Assembly: GCF_023055435.1 (NCBI RefSeq)
Contig: NW_025964353.1
Location: forward strand, 682,001-746,000
Source: Haliotis rufescens
Taxonomy: Eukaryota
DNA length: 64,000 nucleotides
Direction: 5' to 3'
A model generated the notes under the pieces. The model worked only from the letters and a program-made list of their open reading frames with translations, searched no databases and was not told where the DNA came from. A program made the translations under genes and the position numbers. Numbering within the stretch: position 1 is the stretch's first letter; each line of letters opens with the position of its first letter. Shown here piece after piece: positions 1 through 12,758 of this stretch.

Positions 1-1079
1 GCTTCTTTAATAGTTTTTGAAGACTTCAGTGACATTTTTCCTACAGGGGACTTAGAGCGGCGCGTAAATAAAGTTTATTTGCACTTGTATCCTGTCTATC
101 TATTGCAAAGGCTGAAACGAACATAAAGAGGAGGCGGAGCATTTATATACAGAGGCACGATATATGGTCTTTGGGGAAGAAATTACCTCCAAAATTACAC
201 GCTTGATCGCACAAGCCAACCCCTCCGTTCGCGCTCTGTGTACGTTCATGGTCGACTTGAAACGTTCTGCACAATGCTATCCTATCCTTCAACCTTTTTA
301 ATTCTTAGAGTTTCCACGCCCTTCGTATGAGTGTGATTAAAGGATTAAACTATACTCCTCTTTCTGTCAACAACGGAAATGTGACAAAGGTAATTTATAT
401 CACAAATGGAGGTCAATATTCGTTGAGAAAACGATGTGCATTGTTGTAAGACTTTTCTATGTTTAAAATATTGGCTGATCTCTACATAAAATGATAAGAT
501 CGAACTTACTTCGTTCCTTTTGGCGATATCGTGAGCCCATCATAACTTGCCTATATGTTCAACTCCGACAGTGACAATAGTTTCACAATGGAATGTGAAT
601 GTTTCTCGGAATATCAATTTGTGATTTCTGAGAAAGAAGAACAATTGAACCCCTGCATGTTTGTACCAGTGAATAAAATAATAGTGACGAAAATAACCAG
701 GATGATCCCCATCTTGGACGCATGGATGACAAGTGATTACAAAACACAGATTGTTGAGTTTGTTTAATTTATTTTCTCCAAATCACAATGTCCCTTGAAG
801 TCTTGAAATACCACAACAAATACACTGCAATCACCGTCTCTGTTACAAACACATGCAGCTGAGTACCAGATAAATGTTCTTCCTGATCATGTCAGTAGAT
901 GCCTTGACCAACCTTACTTCAGTAGCACCACTCTGGGTATGTCAACCAGCTAAGTAGTGTACACATATGCTTGTGTAACACTATCACTCATTTCAAATAG
1001 GTTGTTCAGTCACAATTAAAACGTTATCTTCAAGAGGTCGTTCATCGTTCATGTCTTGTTTTTGACATCCTTCGTTCAG

Positions 1080-4000
1080 CTAACTGGCTTCAGACGTAGG
1101 TTTCACCAGAAGGTCTATAATCTGGAAATAGGTTCATCATTATCATTTGTGTTATTAACCGTTTGTCACTGGCAGAATTTTGTCAGAGGAAGCATGTGAC
1201 TCACCTCCATATGTTCTGGCGACTGCAGGGCAAATACAATTGTGCTGACGATGTCTTCCGTCTGGAGAGGCTGCTGGAGAGATGAAGGTGACAATACACA
1301 CAGAACCCTCACCATGAAACTATTATCTTTATGTCTGTCATGCTCTTATTTATTTTATATGGGAGGAGAAAGATGCATTTGGTTACATGTATAAACTAAA
1401 ACCCACATACTCCATTCAATGATGCGGTGTTGAGCGATGCCTGTTAAATGGGCAACTTGATTTTTGATGATGTTGAACTCAAAATGAAATTCGAAATATG
1501 ACAATTTGAGTCATGCTTTGAAATAGCCATCCATATAAAGCTTTAACTTGTCAAAACAAGGTTACTTTCTAATGACAGCCGGCAAAGCAAAAGGCAAAAT
1601 GCTAAAATTCAGCTACTCCACAAAACTAAAGACAAATGTGTTTAATGTTCGGTAACACTCCATACTTGCCACACGCCATAATCACGCATCGAGTCCTGCA
1701 TAGATGGAGGACACATTGCCACAGCATTTTGGTAAAAATGCACATAATTCTGAATGTGTCAAAATGTTAAGAAATAGTAAAACGGAATTCAGTTTTAAGA
1801 CCAAAATGTACATGTTATAAACTAAATGTCTTCAATGTTCTGAAAAACTGAAGCACCACATAGCTTTTAAGGTTGTCGACAATACAAAGCTCACACATGT
1901 GTGGAGTCAGAAAACGGCCAAAGGATTTAACTAGACACATGTTTTAGAACAAAATACCTGTTTACATCGAACTAAACATACGGCACAACAGGGCTGGGCT
2001 GGGCACAACTCTTGGCCATCTAACAGTGATCAAAAGACACTTACTACAAGGGCCCGTGAAGATTCCGGAGTAGAATAGGTCTTCAGCAACCCATGCTTGC
2101 CGTAAAAAGGTGACTATGCTTGTCGTAAAAGGCGACTAACGGGATCGGTGGTCAGGCTCGCTGACTTGGTTGATGCATGTCATCGATCCCAATTGCGTGT
2201 AATATTGCTGAGTGCGGCGTTAAACAACAAACCAACCAACCAACCAACCAACCAACCAACTTACTACAAGGTGTCTAAAACCGGACTTGGACTTTTCCTC
2301 ATCCTTGTACATCCGAGAGAAGAAGTCTGTCTGTACTAAACGCGGGCTGATCGACTGTAAGAAAAGAATTATGAGTATGTAAGTCAACCAGGTTATCCCT
2401 GAACAGGTTAGAATGTCGTCCAGCTGTACCTTTGTTCAGTTGAAGCTCGGCCCTCGTGTTACAAATGTTATACACAGAACTTTGGGTTTCAAGTAAAGAT
2501 GACGAGATAAATAGATACATTTTTTATAACAAAGGATTGGTCTAGAGTATTGCCATTGGCGTACATAACTATGTATCCGTTCGGGCATACGGGTTCAAAC
2601 AATCGAGCCCCTGTCAACACAGTGAATGTTCTATTGTGCTAAAGAGTGGGAGTAAGAGTTAAGATGTTACCGTTACACGGATCCCGCTTTTCATCTCTCT
2701 GAGCTCTTGTCGGAGTCCTTCACACAACCCAGTGACAGCAAACTTTGTAGCAGAATAGAAATGCATTGCACGCAGCGGCATCACTCTGTGTCCGGACAGA
2801 CTAGAACAACGAGGACACATGGCAGGAGATATCACAAACACGTGGTCATATCACTGTGTGTCCGGACAGACTAGAACAACGAGGACACATGGCAGGAGAT
2901 ATCACAAACACGTGGTCATATCGCTGTGTGTCCGGACAGACTAGAACCTCGAGGAGACATGGCAGGAGATATCACAAACACGTGGTCGTATCACTGTGTG
3001 TCCGGACAGACTAGAACAACGAGGACACATGGCAGGAGATATCACAAACACGTGGTCATATCGCTGTGTGTCCGGACAGACTAGAACCTCGAGGAGACAT
3101 GGCAGATGATATCACAAACAGGTGGTCGTATCACTGTGTGTCCGGCCAGACTAGAACAACGAGGACAGATGGTCATATCACTGTGTGTCCGACCAGACTA
3201 GAACCACGAGGACAAATGGTCATATCACTTTGTGTCCGACCAGACTAGGACCACGAGGACACATGACAGATGATATCACAAACACGTGGATATATCACTG
3301 TGTGTCCGGCCAGATTAGAACAACGAGGACAGAGGGTTGTATCACTGTGTGTCCGGCCAGACTAGAACCACGAGGACACATGGCAGATGATATCACAAAC
3401 ACGTGGTCATATCACTGTGTGTCCGGCCAGACTAGAGCAACAATGACACATGGCAGGTGATATCACAAACGCGTGGTCGTATCACTGTGTGTCCGGCCAG
3501 ACTAGAACAACGAGGACACATGGCAGGAGATATCACAAACACGTGGTCGTATCACTGTGTGTCCGGACAGACTAGAACAACGAGGACACATGGCAGATGA
3601 TATCACAAACACGTGGTCATGTCACTGTGTGTCCGGCCAGACTAGAACAACGAGGACACATGGCAGATGATATCACAAACACGTGGTCGTATCACTGTGT
3701 GTCCGGCCAGACTAGAACAACGAGGACACATGGCAGATGATATCACAAACACGTGGTCGTATCACTGTGTGTCCGGACAGACTTGAACAACGAGGACACA
3801 TGGCAGATGATATCACAAACACGTGGTCGTATCACTGTGTGTCCGGACAGACTAGAACAACGAGGACACCTGGCAGATGATATCACAAACACGTGGTCAT
3901 ATCACTGTGTGTCCGGACAGACTAGAACAACGAGGACACATGGCAGATGATATCACAAACATGTGGTCATATCACTGTGTGTCCGGACAGACTAGAACCA

Positions 4001-7000
4001 CGACGACAGATGGCAGGAGGTATCTTGTTAATTTGATTAATCAATACAGGTTTGTCTATACATATCACCCGCCTCTAATAACAATCAACCACAAATCTAA
4101 AACCTTAATCACGTTGAGCTATCCTCCAATCATTCAGCTGACATGCCATGGTATAACTGAAATGTTCTTTAAAGCAGTGTAAAACATGACCCACTCCCTC
4201 TCTAATAAGATCTGTTTAAATCCTTTAAAAAACCAAGCATATTTGATCAACACACTACTTACTCACAGCGTAGTTTTGACAAGGCAACTCATTTGGCCAT
4301 TGTTTGCCTTTTACGTCCAATCGAATGTGATGTTGATGTTTTATTCTCTGGCGTTGACTTTTTTATATTTAATGAGGTTCTGATCAATGAAATAGAAACA
4401 TCTTATTCCAAGTCTCAAATGAGAGCTTATTCCCACATTTCTATAAGAGCGAATGGCATCCTTTCCATGAATGTGTCCAGATATGGACGCTTTGGATTGC
4501 ATTGGATTGCATTATAGAACATTGGATGTCTTTCGATTGCATCAACTAGGATAGTGTGTATACTTTATTATTGTAATATATAACCAAAAATGAGAACGTT
4601 TGAGAATTAACACATTAAAAGTTTGTTCAAGTCATCCAGAAACCAATAGCAAATTTGCATACCATCACCGAAATAGAATATGATAACATTAAAGTGACAA
4701 GAATTCCAATGAACAATCAACTGATCAAGGTTATCATTTCTGCATAAATTTAACAAATCAAAGTGATCCCATTAACAATGAGCTTTATAAACCTTGCTCC
4801 AATTGATGTACCTGTTGAGAAGGATGATATGCCCATCATCCACCTTCCTCTCCTGCATGGACTTAAAGGCTTCCCTGCTGCACATACACAGGCCGAGGAT
4901 ATTCACCTGAGGTAGAAATGGGAGTTGATGAGGGACTATCTTACGAACTATGGGAAGTGCGATCCATCTTTCAGATAATGGTCATTCCGCGTTTCGAGTA
5001 ACTATTTCAATAAAATACCAATATTCTTTTTTTTGTAAGAAAATATCTGAAAACTTGGACCTGGAAGGCTTGTAAAAACGCTTCGCTAATGTCAACCTAA
5101 CCAATGAGATAAGGAAAACTCTCCGATAAATCCCAAGCGTGTCTTACATGAAGGTATCATTGCATAAAGGACCCGAGAAGATCCGTGTTAGAATTGGTCT
5201 TCAGCAACTTATGATTGTCGTAAGATGTGACTAACGGGATCGGGTGGTCAGGTTGACAGGACTGTCTGGCCCAGACTCGATTATTTACAGACTGACGTCA
5301 TACAGCTGGAATATTGCTTGGTGCGGTGTTTAACAAAATATAACAATATTGCATAAAGATTCGGCTGCCACGCATCAAATACGGTGCATAATACAAGGAC
5401 GGGCCACTTTTAAATAGAGTAGAAAACTTAGCTTCGTCTTGGTCAGAACAAATAAAACCAGTGCAAATAGTTTATAAGTATTTGCCCAATCGCTGAAAAA
5501 CTTCAAAATAACTGGAAGGTAATAGAATTCGTCTTAGTGGCATCTATTTTTTATTGTGCTTTATATGATCCAAGGAATTTGTACAAGGGTAAACCTACAT
5601 CCACCATTTCTCTCCACAGGGGAGTGCTTCCTGTCAGCAGGGGTTCGTTGTGGGCCAGACCTGCGTTGTTGATGCACACGTCCACCCCGCCAAGGTCAGG
5701 GTCAGCCCTGATCATCTGGAACATCGCCATGACATCTTCTTCCTTGGAAACATCACGTCTTATTGCTTTAACCATGCCAGGTTCATCCTTTAAGTCATCA
5801 GCAAGTTTCTGAGGGGGAAGGAGTGAGTGGTTGAGTTCAAGTTGAGTCACACATCGGCAATATTTCAGCAATATCGTGACGAGACAAATTTTGATATTAA
5901 TAATACTTATATTGAAACTGTTTAAAATTAAGTCATCGAAGGACAGTGTAATAACTAGCATATCACAGATTTATATTAAATTATTTTAAGAGAATGTAAA
6001 AATAATTTGCATTCAACAACACAATATAAAAACGGGCTATAGATCGCCACCAACTGAGGCCATATCACCGCGCTGGGGACCATGGGGACTTACAGTACTT
6101 TTGCTACCTGCATGGACCCCAGCAGGACATGAACGTGTGGCTGCTTGTACTATTTATAGTCCAGACTGACGCCGGATTGAGATACATATCATTGTGAATC
6201 CGAGAGGACCATTCCTTGTTTTATCCCCTTTTGCCGAGCACCAGGCAGGGTAACAATAAGTATCATCTTTTAACTTATTTTGGTGTTGTATTGCAGGGTA
6301 TTGTATTGGTGAATAATGTTGTATTACATTGTTTCTGTTGAGATTCAGTAGAAGTTCATAGCTTTTTGTTTTGACAATGGTTAGTTGTCAAGCATGTAAT
6401 ACTAACTATAGTCTGGAAGTTAATTTAAGGTACCGACGTTTACTACAATATCTGAAAAACTATTGGACTGTTATAATTAATGTTCGTTCCACCAGTGACG
6501 AACAGGTCTGGTTGTTGATGAAATATAGTGATAGCTAAATAGACAGATTTTTTATTCATGCACCGATTGTCTTTAAATGTAATATCCAGTTATGTATGAC
6601 TGTTTAATAATCGCATACCAACTTTGACTGGAGAAGGTCCAATAGTTTTTCAGATATTGTAGTAAACGTCGGTACCTTAAATTAACTTCCAGACTATAAT
6701 GTAAGCAGTGGTGTGGAAGTTACTATTTTGATGCTTTTGAAGTCACGTGTTATCTGGGGTTTTTTTATAAGCCACGGGCTCACCCAGAATGGTACGGAAG
6801 TTTTACGAATGTATTTAGACTATATAAGTGGGCAAACGCATGCCTCTCTGATCTCACATTACATGAAGACCAGAGGATGTGAGAAGACCATTATTTTAAC
6901 CCTGGACTGCCAAGCTTGACCACTGTTGCTGCTGTAACTATATTGTCATTGTATATGTACTGTCTTTGAATTGTGTACTACCACTCTATTGTAATTGTTG

Positions 7001-10000
7001 TGCAGTAATTTGTATTGATTTGTAAATGTAGTTAATTTTATTATGCAATTGTTAACTGTGTACTCTTTCTTTGTTGTTTGTTGGTTTCACACTGAATTCT
7101 TTTAAATACATTTCTGGTTTAAATTATTGTTTCAATTTGGAAGTCGACACGTAACATTGGTAAGAAACGCCTAGATCGGACCACCAACCGTCCGCTCTCC
7201 GGGAAGACGCTCAAACAAGATGTGTTATTTACACTTCGGTGAATGCACAAACATGATAACAATCCTGGTAATTACAAAAGCGCTATTTTATGCAGTATTT
7301 TGCCGTACCTTGCCCACTTTCGTCATGTTTATAACAAGTTGTTGTTACATCATGACATGTTCAGTCGTCTAAGGCGCCGCGATTCGCTGTGTAGAGTTGC
7401 GTCCCTTGGGCACACCAGAAACCTATGATTGTTGGTTCGAATCCCAGTTCGCCCCGATTATGTTTCTAGGTTTGTCAGCACCATACCCGTGCTTCTGGGT
7501 TTCACCTGAGTGCGTCTGAGACCTGCATCACTTCGGGATTTCCTCCCACATTAAGCTGACACGCTGCGATATAATTGGAAAACTGTTAAAAGCGGCGTTA
7601 ATCCCAACTCACGCACTCAAATTTAACGTACCAAACGTTAGCATGTGATGGGAACCGAAGTGGGAGAAGTTACAGCAACACCATGACACCTGTCGGGGCA
7701 GGCATGACAATGTTGAATCAGTGTAGAATAATTGAGGACTCAATGCCATGTTTCAACGTTGAAATGATATTCATTTTTGGTTGGATGTGAAACTTAAAAT
7801 TATGATGAGATGTCGACGTTAAATTAACATCAGATATCAAAGTTGAAACAATATTGAATATTGGTTGATTATTGTTTGAATATTGGAGATTTTTTGGATT
7901 CAGAAAAACATTTAATTTACATTTTGATTAGCATAGTCAATAAAATGTATCTTTATTAGACATAGTCTAGGGTCTATAAATATATTTTTCCAGCTCCAAA
8001 AATATATATTTCATAAAGAAAGTCACTGAATTAATGTTTTTATGAAATTTAATGTTAAAAATTGGGATTTAGTATCGAGATTAGATACTTTTCAACTACA
8101 GCTTCAAAAACATGTAGTTTTTCTTTAAAGCTATGAGCCTGATCTTTATGAAAAGAAAAACACCTTGCAACAATGTAATTTCTGTGTCAGGCAATTTCTT
8201 TGTTTGTCAAGTCTGAAGCATAATTATGTTTTTTAAGAATGCTTCGGGTTATTGACGCAGGACTGACAGTACGGGGAGTACCCTGGAGGAGAAGGCGTGA
8301 TTTTAAGTGCAAATCAGTTGTATCCGTGGTGAAACTCGATTTTCCATTTACGTTTACGAATGCTTTTGTTTTTAAGATCGGGGGTAGAACAGGTCTTCAG
8401 CAACCCATGCTTGCCATAAAAGGCGACTAAGCTTTCTTAAGAGGCGCTCAACAGGATCGGATGGTCAGGCTCGCTGACTTGGTTGATGCATGTCATAGTA
8501 TCCTAATTGCGTGGATCGATGCTCATGATGTCAATCACTGGATTGTCTGGTCCAGACTCGATTATTTACAGACCGCCGTCATATAGCTGGAATATTGCTG
8601 AGTGCGGCGTTGCACAACAAACAAACAAATGTTTTTTATCCTTGAACGTTGTCTACTTTTGATGAAAGTAGCAGATACCAGTACTACAAGAGACCATATA
8701 TTAGTATATTGTCCATAGGGTTAGAAATAACCGAGTTGATAAAAATCACAAGTGTACGAATGTCCATATTATTTGACGCGCACTAGTGTATTGTTTACGT
8801 CACAGGACGACATTGTTGACGTCAGAATGATGTGACATCAAAAATGACGTCATAACTGAAGATTGTAATTGTCGAATGTAGATTTTAAGACGGCGGTCGT
8901 GATCTATGCATTTTTATATAGGGAAGGATTTAGACATAATGTCTAACAAAGAAATTGCTTCACTCGCATGTGTATTATACTGATGTTACGAAACTCGTGT
9001 AAGAATGTTAATTGCCTTAATGTATTGCCTTTGTTCTCGCTCGGGTAATACAGCTGTGATTGACTTGATTTCATTCATTACAGGAACGCGCGGAGCGTCT
9101 ACGGGTTATTGCTGGAAAGTGGCAGAAGTCAGCGTGCAGAGCCCAATACGTTCACTGTTTCTCAAACATGATTAGCACACTATCGAACAGGTACCAACAA
9201 CCTCATAATGTTGACGATCGCTCCCATTCAGGGCGTCAGGAACGATTCATCCGACACCTGGCGCTACGAAATGGAGCTGGTCACGTGTCAGCCGTTTTCA
9301 GGTGAATAAGATTGCACTTTCTTCAATTGGGTTGATGAAATGAACGTCAAGCCAATGTCACCCTGAGACCTGACAGATTTGGCGGTGTGTCTGTTATAGT
9401 GTATTGTGACATCACTATGACTGACTGAACCCCAATGCATATTCTGCAAGGAGTGAGTGAGTTGGGTTTAACGCCGCTTTTAACAATATTCCAGTTATAT
9501 CACGGCGTGTCAGCTTAATGTGGGAGGAAAGCTCGAAGTGATGCAGGTCTCAGACGTTTACCGCTTCGGTGAAACCCACGTGCACGGGTATGGTGCTGAC
9601 AAACCTAGACACATAATCGGGGCGAACCGGGATTCGAACCCACAATCATAGGTTTCTGTCGTGCGCAAGGGACGCAACTCTGCACAGCGAATCGCGGCGC
9701 CGAAGACGACCGGGCTGACCGTGCCGCCTATTGAGCAAGGAAGGGTCACTGGACAATACCATTGAGACAACATACTGACATCCTTTGTTGTCCCATTGTA
9801 AGGCGTGTGGGTCGACGTTTTGTCTTTCAGGACGTGCACGGATCGCCAATGCTCACCTCCAGCAGCACAACATCCATCGAATGCCATGGCCAGCAATGAA
9901 CCCAGACCATTCCCCATTGACGACGTCTGGGTCATATAATGACGCCGACAGCGTTGGCTTACTTCGCCAGACGTTGTACGATAAGTGGGACAGACTCCCT

Positions 10001-10719
10001 CAAATCGACATGGGAGACTCATTCCTCGTCGAGTGAATGAATACTTTTTTCCAATCGTGGTGGTATTATGCACTACTGATCCAAAAACATATAACATCAA
10101 CATTGAAAATTCACACCTCACCCCTTTCATCCTTCAAGGTCGTTGGCTGTCATACTTCACTTCCGGTTGTAATGTGTTCCCAAATCGTACATTATTATCA
10201 CACAACTACTAGTATTACAAGAAGCTAATATCTTTCACAATGTTTGGAAAGTTCAACTGATTTCCGGGTATCTCCTACTTTTTTAAGATTCTCTATATAT
10301 ATACACATACATAGTTGCAATATCATACCATATTTGTGAGAGCTATTTTGACAAACTATGTTGTATTGTCTCATACCAAGCTACAAAAGGAGTATATATC
10401 GTTTTATTCCATTGAATCCATATTTTGTAAGTAAATATTTCGAAACAGTTATTGGTCTCTGAAAATAATAAAACACCGGTAATAGCAGTACTCCTGGAAA
10501 CGCAAGGGCCATCTAGTACCATTGTAGTTACAACGAATGATAAATAGTATTAATACCGAAATTAACTACTTTAAGCGACATCCTCACCTGTATTTTGTCG
10601 ACATTCCTTGCACACCCCACCACCTTCATGCCATGCTTGACCAGTGCCTTGACCAGCCCCGCCCCAATACCGACCGAGGCTCCTGTCACTAGAGCAACAC
10701 GTCCCGACCACCGCTGCAT
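1080..10719 (-). CDS. DHRS11: Short-chain dehydrogenase/reductase, DHRS11-like, 254 aa; exons (minus) 10588-10719, 5599-5808, 4812-4906, 2671-2800, 2265-2354, 1205-1270 (or 1273 via NAGNAG), 1080-1121
   Basis: Hand-spliced with all introns GT-AG and phases consistent. Rossmann TGASVGIG (exon 1), NNAG (exon 2), GHIILLNS-LSGHRV with catalytic Ser, YSATK catalytic YxxxK (exon 4), SISPRLVQTDF (exon 5), PLQTEDIV...HME-IIDLLVKPT at the C-terminus. The N-terminus MQRWSGRVALVTGAS is typical of DHRS11. One-to-one orthology versus paralogy not tested. Confidence 0.9.
2052..2258 (+). mobile_element. SINE-like family A copy (internally deleted) with 13-bp TSD
   Basis: Family consensus gacccgtgaagatccggggtagaataggtcttcagcaacccatgcttg...gaatattgctgagtgcggcgttaaacaac(aaac)n. 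TSD acttactacaagg at 2039-2051 and 2259-2271. Confidence 0.85.
2781..4019 (-). repeat. 70-bp tandem array (19 units, a few shortened to 47 bp) built from the DHRS11 intron 3/exon 4 junction
   Basis: Minus-strand unit tatgaccacgtgtttgtgatatctcctgccatgtgtcctcgttgttcTAG|TCTGTCCGGACACACAGTGA. The last unit is the real acceptor and exon start (TCTGTCCGGACACAGAGTGATG). Confidence 0.95.
5821..6130 (-). mobile_element. SINE-like family E, with its tail abutting the DHRS11 exon 2 acceptor
   Basis: Tail gtcacgatattgctgaaatattgccgatgtg...actcactc; second copy at ~21500-21760. Confidence 0.65.
6407..6698. mobile_element. MITE with perfect ~62-bp terminal inverted repeats and TA ends (Tc1/mariner-type)
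   Basis: tatagtctggaagttaatttaaggtaccgacgtttactacaatatctgaaaaactattggac and its exact reverse complement ending at 6698. Confidence 0.85.
8375..8629 (+). mobile_element. SINE-like family A copy
   Basis: Matches the family consensus. Further approximate copies or fragments at 5170-5337(+), 28462-28710(-), 28830-29030(-), 29740-30008(-), 42825-43058(-), 44220-44435(-), 60551-60800(+), 60950-61265(-), 62100-62305(-), 62380-62800(+). Confidence 0.85.
9450..9730 (-). mobile_element. tRNA-derived SINE family C with V-domain-like core
   Basis: Head gtcgtct(aa/tc)ggcgc...gtgggttcgaatccc, core gtgggtttcacc...tttcctcccacat, tail gatataactggaatattgttaaaagcggcgttaaacccaactcactc. Copies at 7360-7617(+) and 29342-29597(-). 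Confidence 0.8.
9735..10085 (+). mobile_element. Degraded Tc1-type transposase C-terminal remnant
   Basis: Frameshifted ...RFVFQD / RARIANAHLQQHNIHRMPWPAMNPDHSP...LRQTLYDKWDRLPQ, resembling the Tc1 DDE region (QDNA, WPxxSPDLNPIE). Confidence 0.75.
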
Positions 10720-10825
10720 GTCTGAGTGTGATGGCTGACGACTGCAGCAACCTGTCCCTAGCCTTTTATGAAGGGATGTTTCAGCTGCACGCATCGGTGT
10801 GCGCATCTGCACCTTACTGTCAGAG

Positions 10826-10975
10826 ACCGCCTCTGTGGCGTAGTGGATAGAGTGTCTGCCCGGAGAGCTGAAAGTCGGTGGTTCGACCCCTAACCGCGTC
10901 AGACCGAAAGACGTTAAAAGATGGTACTTGTTGTTACCGTGACGCTCGGCATTAAGGGGATAAAATGAGGCGTTC
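10826..10975 (+). mobile_element. tRNA-headed SINE family D, just upstream of DHRS11
   Basis: gtggcgtagtggatagagtg...gtggttcgacccc followed by aaagacgttaaaagatggtacttgttg...ctcggcattaagggga. Related fragments at ~6215-6290(-), 35440-35597(-), 63300-63420(+). Confidence 0.7.
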
Positions 10976-12758
10976 TCAATACAGCCCTGTCTGATTATAC
11001 ACTTACAGCGAGTTTACCTGATCATCATTTAATAATTCGTCGCCCACATCGTATCCGAAGAACACGACCCGATTCAGATGTAGGCATACAGTTGGGAACT
11101 CGTACATGGTCGTTATGTGGAACACAAGAGCTGTAGTCTTTGTGAAGAAATATACTCTTAGAGTATATAAACTTTAAACAGAATACAAATTAATGACAGG
11201 TACCGAATACACTAACCAACCTGTTATTATCAGTGACACTTGCGTCTTTTCGGTGTAATGGAAACCCGACAACTGGTAGTACTAGAATTTGTATTGTACT
11301 CAGAAAGTGTTATCCCAAATATAACATTTGTTACATTTGACCACTTTCTAAAAGGCATTGTGTATTCATAGTTTTCAGCCATGGGAGTCGTGTCAATTGA
11401 TGCTGATCAAAGGGGTACACGGGATCTGGACTACTCGTTGTCGGACTACCATTGTTGTGCAAGCCTCGGTGGCTGAATGGGTTGGGTCGCTGATTTTTGT
11501 ACTGGGGATTAGTTGCCTCACTCGGATGGGTTCAACCCAAAAAGTATCAGAATTTGTGCTTTCCTAAGACCGGCAGTGAGTTAAACAAATTAAATGGATT
11601 CTTTCAATAGCTTCTGGGTGTTTTTCAAGTTCATCCACAATATGGGAGTTACCATAACGTCGAATGCGTTAAATAAACAGACAGGGTCACAATAGTACCA
11701 TCTTTTAACGTCTTTTGTTATGACGCGATATGATCTTGTTGACCGATAATCGGTATTCGATTATTAGCTGTGGTTAACATTCATTGTTCATGTACGTAAT
11801 ATTCTTTCATATTCCTTCTTTTGTTTGAATTCATGCGTCCTTTTTAACGCTACACAATGATAAGTACAATTTAATCCTCTGCCTGAAGTAATGAACGTGT
11901 CAATGCGCAACGACCACGCTCTAACCGAGCAGGCATTAAGACAGTTATAATTACATTTGTCAGGCGGTTGTGAATATAGAGACGGGAAGCATATCGACTC
12001 TACCTTCTTCCTGGTTCTTTATCAACTCCGAAACTAAAGAAAAAAACAACTCCGAAACAAAGCCGACGAATGCAAAATTGTAACGTCCTCACACTCGCAC
12101 ACAAGGAACAGTCTTTGCGCTGAATGTCAAATACGCCTCCACGCATACAGGTGCTATATAACGAAGGTACGTTTACCTTACAGTGAATTCGTAGATACGT
12201 CCATGTTCAGTATTTAAACATGAAGTGTTTGAGTAATAGCTCGACATCTGCACAATAATATTGCGGTAAAAACGTAAAGTTGAACAAGATGCTCTTTCGT
12301 CACGTGACTGAAGGCGACCTCCTCGGTTGTTGTTTTGGGCTTGGACACCAGGTAGGTAGGCACTCCTTCTAGCACTGTACATCATGTAGTAGTGTTTCAA
12401 GTAAATAGTAAATCTATACCATACACAGGTCTTATCCGGGTCAGTTGTGCTTTTGAAGTTTTGGTGACGTGATTGTGCGTAGCTCACATCTGCTAATACG
12501 ACATATTTTGTCACGCAGTGCCCCATACACCGTGTGACTGTGTGTTGGCCTGGTCGCTGGGCCGACAGTTACATGGCGGTCAGAGGCTAATAATAGACGA
12601 CACACACATAGTTACATCAACACAGCATATGCCTCGCATGTTTAATCCTTATAAGCAGAAACAGATTGTCAATTTGCGCTGGTTTTACCGATATGTAATC
12701 TATGTACGTAGTTTAATAACAATTGTGTGATTTACCTTATCTTGATCACTAGCATTTT

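Noticed and set aside
3066-4182. Plus-strand repeat ORFs
   Set aside because: Antisense translations of the 70-bp acceptor array.
9300-9345. DCTFFNWVDE resembling the end of a GRF zinc finger
   Set aside because: Preceded by stops and the rest of the motif is not recoverable; too short to support.
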